Sequence record: OP752703.1
Length of the DNA: 24,000 nt
Origin: Stenotrophomonas phage RAS14
Reading direction: 5' to 3' (one strand)
Position 1 is the stretch's first letter; the number at the start of each line of letters is the position of its first letter. The notes below the pieces were generated by a model. That model had not been told where the DNA came from. It saw only the letters and a list, made by a program, of their open reading frames with translations, and searched no databases. Position numbers and translations under genes: made by a program. Shown here in pieces: positions 15,034-21,568 of this stretch.

Positions 15034-15354
15034 TTAATTAATGTATTCTCTGATATCAAATCCGCCATAATATCCGTTATGGATATTGTGATTCGCTACA
15101 GTGAACGAACCGCGACTGGTGTTGACGATTAGGAAACACACATCATGGTCGGAATGTGCATGATCTTGACTCTGACCCTTACGCGTTTCCCAATCAATAT
15201 ACTCGGAACCGACATAATAGTCAAGGTCATCATCACAAGTCATGTATCGCTTTTCACAGCAATAGCTCGCAATGTCTTCAAGTTGAATGATTCTACCATC
15301 TTCCAAAGATATTGACAATACATTATTTTCAACACTTAGATCAGTAATCTTCAT
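15034..15354 (-). CDS. hypothetical protein
   Basis: 106-aa ORF. Confidence 0.75.
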   Translation of the reverse strand: MKITDLSVENNVLSISLEDGRIIQLEDIASYCCEKRYMTCDDDLDYYVGSEYIDWETRKGQSQDHAHSDHDVCFLIVNTSRGSFTVANHNIHNGYYGGFDIREYIN

Positions 15355-15527
15355 GATACTCTCTCAGTTTTGTGTTTAATTTCACCGCAAGTCTTACATG
15401 CGGCTTTGTAGAAGTATTTGTAACCGTAAGTGTATTGGTCGTCATCACCGCCTACGATACGTACTTCTTTATACATTTGCCAATTTCGATACTGGTGCAA
15501 TCCCAGCATACAGAAGAAGCCGTTCAT
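15351..15527 (-). CDS. small hypothetical protein with CxxC
   Basis: Hand-translated MNGFFCMLGLHQYRNWQMYKEVRIVGGDDDQYTYGYKYFYKAACKTCGEIKHKTERVS; 4-nt overlap with next start. Confidence 0.6.
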   Translation of the reverse strand: MNGFFCMLGLHQYRNWQMYKEVRIVGGDDDQYTYGYKYFYKAACKTCGEIKHKTERVS

Positions 15528-15559
15528 GTAGTATCCTTTTAAAATTAATATTTTCTGCC

Positions 15560-15865
15560 ACTTACTCAGAAGGTGTCTAGTCTTCCTCTGCTGTTTTGTG
15601 CTGACTTCCGCCCGCTAAGGCTGTCATGGCAGGAGCTTAAGCCTGCCCTAGTAGGGGGTCGATAGAGCCATGCTTAATTAGGCTCCCCTGTTAAGGACTC
15701 TTCCCGCTCGTTAGACAAGTAAGTGTCAGAAAATATTAACTAATCATTAATTGGTTATGCCTGAGAATACAGCATTCCGATGGTTGCCTTTAGAGTCATT
15801 ATCCCAACGTTGCGTCGTGGGTTCTACTCTTTTCCACCCCCTCATGGAGGTATCAACCACACCGG
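15560..15865 (-). ncRNA. candidate structured non-coding RNA
   Basis: No credible ORF; GGCAGG/CCTGCC (15628/15642) and GAGCC/GGCTC (15665/15681) hairpins; TTGACA -35-like at 15893..15898. Confidence 0.4.
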
Positions 15866-15899
15866 CCTAGTTTAAAGTGGTGGCATTACCACTGTCAAG

Positions 15900-16655
15900 T
15901 ATGATTACTCATGGTGTCCTCTACCGCCTGCCTTGCGGGCAGTACGCTTCTGCTAAGAAGTTACGTGCGATTCTTCCATAACATCCCTCTGCCTTGCGAG
16001 CTTTAAGATGGCTTGATTCAGATTTCTCTGTCAAGCATTACGGTGCTATCATCATACTCCGGCGACAACTTTGCATTTAATAGTATAGTTTTCAACCAAA
16101 ATGAAAGTTATGATTAGCTCTGATAGGACGTGTGCCGCCGATGCTTCATAGCCTTTTGAGCTACAAAATACACTACGCCCCGTATCCGTTCGTTGGCACT
16201 ACTTGGACCGTTACTGAGAATATGCCCTTCGACACACCCTTTTGTTACTGGAAGTCGCTCTTACCCGCCAAGGTTCGAACTATTTCACTTCCTCTGCCTT
16301 AGAATCATTCTTAGATAGTTTGCAAGGTCTAGTGGCTTGCGGGCCACACATCACAACTTTTACGCTGTGGTTGCTTTCGACTTTCTACCGTCCGAACTTC
16401 GCTCTTTAAGCCAGCGAACCCTTTTGGAGTTTGGCTGTTCTGACATTCTGTTTGATGGGGCCTTATACTAGGTGGACTTACCGAGTTAATCATTAGTTCG
16501 TCCTTTAGGCATATCACTATACCCTATCCCAACTTGAACCAGTTTCCCGAAGCAAGTTGTCAAACCAGACAGGAGGGCGAGGACCGAAGTCTTGACTCAA
16601 TTCCCTCTCTGTTTCGCCCATTTTATCGGTGGGCATCATCAGTGGTTCCGATGGC
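15900..16655 (-). ncRNA. candidate large structured non-coding RNA
   Basis: No credible ORF on either strand; promoter at 16660..16687; many local inverted repeats (e.g. 16530-16536/16553-16559, 16332-16336/16343-16347, GAC-UUCG-GUC near 16582-16591). Confidence 0.5.
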
Positions 16656-16659
16656 GATC

Positions 16660-16687
16660 ATTATACATGATCTTTGGTGCTTGTCAA
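16660..16687 (-). promoter_or_regulatory. sigma70-like promoter TTGACA-N16-TATAAT
   Basis: Reverse complement TTGACAAGCACCAAAGATCATGTATAAT. Confidence 0.8.
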
Positions 16688-17022
16688 CACCTAATTTAAA
16701 ATTGGACGCGGATGCATTGTCACCCTTACCGCCGACAAGGGGGCAAACCCCGGAAGTCGATACTGCCTCACTAATCAAGGGTTCCGTTTTGCCCCGGATG
16801 ACCTAACTAGCTTACACTCGTCCGTTATTTCGTCTGAGTCGATTACTCACACTAATGTCCTGTCTAGAATGGCGCATTAATGCTCTGTAATGTAGTCCTT
16901 TCTGTTCTATCCTAAACGGTTGGCCGGGAGTTGAACCCTGCATCCCAGCGCGCAAAGGTCGGGATGATGACCGCAATCCAATTAAAGAACGTACTCCTGT
17001 AACTGTCACACTCAGAATATTC

Positions 17023-17097
17023 TGGCCGCATCTGGTGGTTATGCTCCACCGTTTCCCTCAGTAAAAGAGGTTGCCCTAATAACTAGACGAAGATGCG
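17023..17097 (-). tRNA. aberrant tRNA, apparent anticodon TTA (UAA-reading), atypical T-loop
   Basis: Perfect CGCATCT/AGATGCG acceptor + G + CCA; CCTC TTTTACT GAGG; GGTGG AGCATAA CCACC. Confidence 0.55.
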
Positions 17098-17105
17098 TTA
17101 AAACT

Positions 17106-17181
17106 TGGAGCAGACGCCCGGAAGTCGAACCGGGTACTCCTACTTGGAAGGAAGGTATGTTTCCACTTACACCACGCCTGC
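17106..17181 (-). tRNA. tRNA-Gly(TCC)
   Basis: GCAGGCG/CGTCTGC; loop CTTCCAA; T CCA encoded; T-loop appears 8 nt. Confidence 0.88.
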
Positions 17182-17691
17182 TTAATATTGTCGCTTGATT
17201 ATACGGTAAATCTGCATCTTGTCAACACCGAATTTTTCAGCCAATGCTCTTCCGGTTGTTTCCTTTCCATGCTTTCCGTAATTATCAATTATAAATTGTC
17301 TATCATTCTCTGATAGTTTTGATTGTGGATGCGTATGACCCTTTCTAGTTCCTATAGAACTAAGCCCTAGGGACCACGCGTGCTGCGTATTTTCTTGTGC
17401 TGTTACCCATTCAAGATTAGAAAAATGATTATTAGTCTTATCTCCATCTATATGGTTAACTTGATTTTTGTTATCTGGATTCTTTACGAAATACTCAGCC
17501 ACATATCTATGTGGTTTAAGTAATTCGGCCTTACCTTTTCTGCCGTAAGGTCTAACGGAAATACCCAAATATCCTGTAGATTTATTTAAGTATTGTTTAA
17601 GTATTTTCCCTGTTTTGAGGCTTCTTACATTACCTGTATTAGAAATCTCAAATTTCTTATTAAACTTCTCAATTACTTCCCACTGTTCCAT
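17182..17691 (-). CDS. HNH homing endonuclease (NUMOD4/HNH type)
   Basis: MEQWEVIEKFNKKFEISNTGNVRS.., NQVNHIDGDKTNNHFSNLEWVTAQEN, C-terminal helix-turn-helix-like NUMOD region. Confidence 0.9.
   Translation of the reverse strand: MEQWEVIEKFNKKFEISNTGNVRSLKTGKILKQYLNKSTGYLGISVRPYGRKGKAELLKPHRYVAEYFVKNPDNKNQVNHIDGDKTNNHFSNLEWVTAQENTQHAWSLGLSSIGTRKGHTHPQSKLSENDRQFIIDNYGKHGKETTGRALAEKFGVDKMQIYRIIKRQY
17198..17225 (-). promoter_or_regulatory. sigma70-like promoter TTGACA-N16-TATAAT
   Basis: Reverse complement TTGACAAGATGCAGATTTACCGTATAAT, inside the 3' end of the HNH gene, immediately upstream of tRNA-Gly. Confidence 0.8.
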
Positions 17692-17747
17692 TAATATTCT
17701 CAATTTACAAGAGTATTTAGGAGCGGGAAGTGGATACTGAACTTTCC

Positions 17748-17820
17748 AGCGGGCAACGCGACTCGAACGCGCATTTTCAGGGTCGGACACCTTGACGCTT
17801 TACCATTAAGCTATGCCCGC
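17748..17820 (-). tRNA. Gly-like tRNA element with non-canonical anticodon loop (no U33)
   Basis: GCGGGCA/TGCCCGC, GCTT/AAGC D-arm, CAAGG TGTCCGA CCCTG, GCGCG TTCGAGT CGCGT; no encoded CCA. Confidence 0.55.
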
Positions 17821-17828
17821 ATAGAGGA

Positions 17829-17857
17829 AATATATCAGTTGGTTCCTAGCTTGTCAA
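17829..17857 (-). promoter_or_regulatory. sigma70-like promoter TTGACA-N17-TATATT
   Basis: Reverse complement TTGACAAGCTAGGAACCAACTGATATATT inside the 3' end of an ORF, upstream of the tRNA-like element. Confidence 0.75.
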
Positions 17858-18167
17858 CAATGGCAACAAGTTGCTTAGGCGTATCAGCAACAACCGTCAA
17901 TCGATTGCCCTGATTGTTGAACAAGTTTACCATACTTACTAGGTATTCGGTAGAGTGAACGTTGTCCGCTTTTAGATCGTAGGTACTGCCGCTCTTAGTC
18001 TGGACGCGGAAGACGCCATCAACACATTCGCCCTTAACTAGGGCAGTGGATAGACGCCAACCGCGACCTGATTCACTCAATAGGCGGTATTCATCATAGT
18101 CAACTGCATAAACGACTACTGCTGCATCTATTTGGATGTTTTGGCTAGGAGCCATTTTCTGCCACAT
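17835..18167 (-). CDS. hypothetical protein (start approximate)
   Basis: ORF 17835..18266; likely start at MWQKMAPSQ or MAPSQNIQ. Confidence 0.7.
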   Translation of the reverse strand: MWQKMAPSQNIQIDAAVVVYAVDYDEYRLLSESGRGWRLSTALVKGECVDGVFRVQTKSGSTYDLKADNVHSTEYLVSMVNLFNNQGNRLTVVADTPKQLVAIVDKLGTN

Positions 18168-18269
18168 GAGAAATCCTCTAAGGTTATTAAAACTGGTGGG
18201 AAGGCCGGTACTGTTATTCCGGCATGTGGAGATTTCGTTTACACTTTTCGGATTCATTTGGAACACGTA

Positions 18270-18430
18270 TCAAAACCCGTATCTTCGTGTCCCTGTAAAC
18301 ACCCTCCCTCTTAGTCAAGATTGTGGCGTTAATTCGCCCGCAGGGTTTACTGCGTCTCTCTCACTTAGGTATCTGCCTTTTCAGGCCCTCTTACTTGATA
18401 GCGTATCAGTCTACGCATTCTTCCCATAAA
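18270..18430 (-). ncRNA. candidate small structured RNA
   Basis: Hairpins GCGTA-(6)-TACGC, GCCT-GAAA-AGGC, CGCAG-(6)-CTGCG in an ORF-free gap. Confidence 0.4.
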
Positions 18431-18434
18431 ACTT

Positions 18435-18521
18435 TGGTAGGGATGACAGGACTCGAACCTGCACGGCCATTACAGCCAAGGGATTTTGAATCCCCCGCGT
18501 CTACCATTCCACCACATCCCC
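18435..18521 (-). tRNA. tRNA-Leu(CAA)
   Basis: Class II; GGGGA TTCAAAA TCCCT; CCA encoded. Confidence 0.93.
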
Positions 18522-18528
18522 AAATTAC

Positions 18529-18789
18529 TTATGCCTTCTTTAGTTTACCATAATTGCGATGGTATTCAAGGCCCTTGTTGCACAGATCACGCAGAGCGGT
18601 TAGATTCTCTACACTATTAAGCATGTTAATAGCGAACTCACTCGGAATGCGGCTCGGTGCATTGGCTACAAATGCCGTTTCTAGCCCACTCTTCACCTTG
18701 TAAGCGGCTTCATGCTTCTGAGCAATTGCACGGGAGGCATGTTCCTTACCATCGGAAGTAGTGTATACAGTCTTTGCTTTAATAGTCAT
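18529..18789 (-). CDS. hypothetical protein
   Basis: 86-aa ORF. Confidence 0.75.
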   Translation of the reverse strand: MTIKAKTVYTTSDGKEHASRAIAQKHEAAYKVKSGLETAFVANAPSRIPSEFAINMLNSVENLTALRDLCNKGLEYHRNYGKLKKA

Positions 18790-18819
18790 TAATAGATACC
18801 TATTTAGGGTTTGTAGAAA

Positions 18820-19122
18820 TTTGTAAAATTTGAATGCCTTGGTAAGGATATCTAGCTTTCACCACAAAAGCTAGCTGCATTATCAACAAAGGAGGATTCA
18901 ATTATAGGAGAAAAATATGAAAACAACAACCGAATGGGGTTCTCCGTATCACTACGCCCATAGGTGTTCTTCAAGGCATTCAATCTTTACAAACTTGCTT
19001 CCGGTTACTACGCACTCCGGCTTCCCGCTTTCAGCACCCTATCGCAGTTCAATTCTGCATCATATTGGTGGGGATAGGTCACGCTCTTTAGTACAACTGA
19101 CGTGTGAGCTTCCGTCAGTAGC
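18820..19122 (-). ncRNA. candidate structured RNA with terminal inverted repeat
   Basis: Promoter at 19127..19155; CTGACG/CGTCAG, CCTATC/GATAGG, GCAG/CTGC pairings; 22-nt imperfect inverted repeat 18820-18841/18972-18993; 8-bp hairpin 18852-18874. Confidence 0.4.
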
Positions 19123-19126
19123 GACA

Positions 19127-19155
19127 ATCTTATACTCAACGCTTTCGATTGTCAA
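19127..19155 (-). promoter_or_regulatory. sigma70-like promoter TTGACA-N17-TAAGAT
   Basis: Reverse complement TTGACAATCGAAAGCGTTGAGTATAAGAT. Confidence 0.65.
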
Positions 19156-19192
19156 GGGCTATAGCTGCAACTACAGCCCAAGAATAGCTGCA

Positions 19193-19262
19193 CAGTAGAG
19201 GATTCGAACCTCCCAAGGCGTGCGCGACACCCTGTCTCGCCATGATGTTCCTGTGCATAAAA
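19193..19262 (-). ncRNA. degenerate/aberrant tRNA-like element
   Basis: GCACAG/CTGTGC acceptor-like stem, GAGG TTCGAAT CCTC T-arm, GCGAG-(7)-GTCGC arm; no D-arm, no CCA. Confidence 0.45.
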
Positions 19263-19264
19263 AG

Positions 19265-19785
19265 GGCTTTGAGGGTAGGTTTCTCTCCTACTAGTCTACC
19301 ATCCTAGGTTATATGGTAGGTTCTGCACTTTAGAGCCTCAAACTGAGGGTAGGCATAGCCTACCTCTAAACTTAATATTCTGCAACCTTTATCTGATAAT
19401 CGCCCCGTTGCTCCATCTGTCTCTTGGACGTTGGGGCCATGGTCGCTACTCTCTTGGGGAACATTTCTCTAAGCCGACAGAGCCAGAAACTACTATTATC
19501 CTTGATTTTACGCCAGATTACGCCATGTCGTATTAAAGTTGCAGATTATTAAATTCATATATGGAGTAACAGTCTCCCTTTCCATCGGGGATATACTTAA
19601 CGTTTGATACATCTGACAGTGTTTGTCCCGGTCAGTAGAGACTTCTAATAGGTGCGCTTTCTGACATTGGCCGCTATCATGTTACTACCCTGCCGACTGT
19701 CACTCAATATATGAACTCAATATATGAACTCAATCCGCTCAAATTGTTAAAGAACTCGGTGGGTCGCCTCTTTGCTATCACCGTG
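19265..19785 (-). ncRNA. candidate large structured RNA with boxA-like leader
   Basis: Promoter at 19792..19819; TTCTTTAACAATTTG motif; hairpins GGTAGGC-(3)-GCCTACC (19348-19364) and CTACCAT-(10)-ATGGTAG (19296-19319); no ORF. Confidence 0.5.
19703..19734. repeat. 13-bp tandem repeat CTCAATATATGAA x2 plus partial
   Basis: Read directly from sequence. Confidence 0.95.
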
Positions 19786-19791
19786 ATGCAC

Positions 19792-19819
19792 ATTCTACAG
19801 CATCATTCACGTTTGTCAA
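19792..19819 (-). promoter_or_regulatory. sigma70-like promoter TTGACA-N16-TAGAAT
   Basis: Reverse complement TTGACAAACGTGAATGATGCTGTAGAAT. Confidence 0.7.
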
Positions 19820-19827
19820 CATCTTTT

Positions 19828-19904
19828 TGGTCGTCGGGGAAGGTTTCGAACCTTCACTGATCCCTCTTTGTGAGGGACTGCTCTACCAGTTAAGCTACCC
19901 GCCG
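19828..19904 (-). tRNA. tRNA-like, anticodon loop lacking U33, identity unclear
   Basis: CGGCGGG/CCCGACG, GCTT/GAGC, TCCCT CACAAAG AGGGA, GAAGG TTCGAAA CCTTC, A CCA encoded. Confidence 0.65.
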
Positions 19905-19913
19905 ATTCCGATC

Positions 19914-19941
19914 ATTCTACATCAATTTTCCGTCATGTCAA
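19914..19941 (-). promoter_or_regulatory. sigma70-like promoter TTGACA-N16-TAGAAT
   Basis: Reverse complement TTGACATGACGGAAAATTGATGTAGAAT at the 3' end of 19922..20818, just upstream of the 19828..19904 element. Confidence 0.7.
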
Positions 19942-20818
19942 CAGTCAATTTCTGTAGTTCCGCTTTGTAATGTTCCAGCTTCTTAGCAGCTTTCTCATTC
20001 TTCTGCGCTTCTACTTGATACTTAGCAACGCTAATCAAGTGAAGGTACATCTTAGCAGCTTCATTTTGGATTTGCAAGCCCAACTTAACAAGTCGTTCAT
20101 TGCGTGCCGCATAAAGCTGTTCAAGAGGGCCGAGCGAATTACAGGATCGGATGGACTTATTAAGCACCTTCACCTTTTGATACAACCTACCATCAATCCC
20201 TGCTCGGAGTTTGTTAGAACCCGGCTGGTAACACTGGCTTAGGACTGCATCAAGATCGAATTCACTCTTCTCTTGTTTAAACGTTTGTTCAGCAGCCATC
20301 TTAGCTTCATGGATAATGAGGCGAGCCACCCTATCCTCTTCGCGTTGCTGCTTCTTAAGCTCGATGAACGCCCCTTGCGGGGTGTTACCGTGCCTCTGCC
20401 TGTATTCTACCAAAGCGTCTGTCTCTAGTCCAGCTAGGAACTTAGCTTCATTGACATACTTGGCACCACCGGCTGTTCCAATTGCAAACGTACCCTTGGC
20501 AGGATAGTATAGCATGTTTGTAACTACTGTTACAATTACTAGAACATCTTCTTCCGGCTTGTATCGACAAACAAATACGAAATGACCGTTGTAACTGACA
20601 AATTCAGTTCCATCGCCGCCATTCTTAGTTGAAATGGCATTGTAGTAAAACGGTACTCGCTTCCAATCAGTAAGGTGTTGTCCTGCACGGACCATCTTAC
20701 TAATTACGATCATCAATTCTGAGTGACTGCCATATGGAGGGATGAACCTATCGAATCGTTCGATGATTCGTTCCTTGGCGTGCTTGGAAACTACAATCTT
20801 CGTATTAGGAGAAATCAT
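19922..20818 (-). CDS. hypothetical protein, lysine/glutamate-rich C-terminus
   Basis: 298-aa ORF. Confidence 0.88.
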   Translation of the reverse strand: MISPNTKIVVSKHAKERIIERFDRFIPPYGSHSELMIVISKMVRAGQHLTDWKRVPFYYNAISTKNGGDGTEFVSYNGHFVFVCRYKPEEDVLVIVTVVTNMLYYPAKGTFAIGTAGGAKYVNEAKFLAGLETDALVEYRQRHGNTPQGAFIELKKQQREEDRVARLIIHEAKMAAEQTFKQEKSEFDLDAVLSQCYQPGSNKLRAGIDGRLYQKVKVLNKSIRSCNSLGPLEQLYAARNERLVKLGLQIQNEAAKMYLHLISVAKYQVEAQKNEKAAKKLEHYKAELQKLTVDMTEN

Positions 20819-20894
20819 GGCTTCAATTTAATTGATAATGGGAGGTTTGTCAACTCTTTTTCTAAAAGACTCTTTGAATCTCTTAGAGAAAGAA

Positions 20895-20916
20895 TTGGGC
20901 ATCCGAAGATGCCCAA
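20895..20916 (-). terminator. Rho-independent-like terminator
   Basis: TTGGGCATC-TTCG-GATGCCCAA read on the minus strand, downstream of the CTA tRNA. Confidence 0.7.
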
Positions 20917-20922
20917 CCTATT

Positions 20923-20998
20923 TGGTGCGCTTTGGGGGATTCGAACCCCCGATCATCCGTTTTAGAGGCGGCTGCTTTAACCACTAAGCTAAAAGCGC
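20923..20998 (-). tRNA. tRNA with anticodon CTA (putative amber suppressor)
   Basis: Perfect GCGCTTT/AAAGCGC acceptor, GCTT/AAGC D-arm, GCCGC CTCTAAA ACGGA, GGGGG TTCGAAT CCCCC, A CCA encoded. Confidence 0.85.
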
Positions 20999-21005
20999 TT
21001 ATTTG

Positions 21006-21515
21006 TTACGGTAGCTGTGCGTAGAAGCCAGCCATGATGATTACAGCAGTGATGAAGGCGACGAACGCACCACCGGGGAAATCCTGCGACTCACCCGAGT
21101 ACCACTTGAACGACTGTAGCTTACCCTTTTCGTTGTAGACACCGAAGGTCTTACGCGACCACCAAATCCACAGACCACCGAAGATGAATAGCCAAGTCAT
21201 TGCGCCGATCCACTGATTAATTTCAGCGCCAGCGAACTTGAAGATGACTACTAGAATCAGTAGGAAGCCAGCCGGGCTAGTGATGAAATCCTGTAGCTCG
21301 ACGTTTAGCTTGGAGGCAGTGCGGGTGACTGCATCGGCTAGGCCGTCTGCGATGTTGACCAGTTCACTCTTCTGAGCTACAGGGGTCGGTGCAGAGGATG
21401 CCTTAGCAGCTTCGACAGCAGCGGCGTGGTTGGCTTCCTTAGCAGCGTCCTGTGCAAAGGCCGGAGTGGCTACCATTGCGATGGAGAGCAGTAGTGCAGC
21501 AAAAATCTTACGCAT
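21006..21515 (-). CDS. exported/membrane hypothetical protein
   Basis: 169-aa ORF, signal peptide MRKIFAALLLSIAMVATPAFAQ and two TM-like segments. Confidence 0.82.
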   Translation of the reverse strand: MRKIFAALLLSIAMVATPAFAQDAAKEANHAAAVEAAKASSAPTPVAQKSELVNIADGLADAVTRTASKLNVELQDFITSPAGFLLILVVIFKFAGAEINQWIGAMTWLFIFGGLWIWWSRKTFGVYNEKGKLQSFKWYSGESQDFPGGAFVAFITAVIIMAGFYAQLP

Positions 21516-21568
21516 TTGTTTGTTTTCCTTAGTTGGGAGTGGTTAGTTTATCAGGTTAAATCGGTGTG

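Noticed and set aside
16265-16285. GGTTCGAAC motif on the plus strand as a plus-strand tRNA T-loop
   Set aside because: Flanking sequence does not form T or acceptor stems on the plus strand.
15560-17100. 16S/23S rRNA, tmRNA or RNase P RNA
   Set aside because: I could not find recognisable conserved cores (RNase P GAGGAAAGUCCGGGC, tmRNA 5' GGGGCUGAUUCUGGAUUCGAC and tag ORF, or rRNA universals). An Infernal search is needed for a firm exclusion.
15560-17181. Group I or II intron associated with the HNH gene
   Set aside because: The HNH ORF is outside the structured block, and no interrupted exon or clear P7/P4-P6 or domain V motif was recognised. Remains testable with Rfam models.
18888-18993. 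CRISPR repeat or transposon terminal inverted repeats
   Set aside because: Only one inverted pair, no repeated spacer architecture and no transposase; more consistent with RNA structure.
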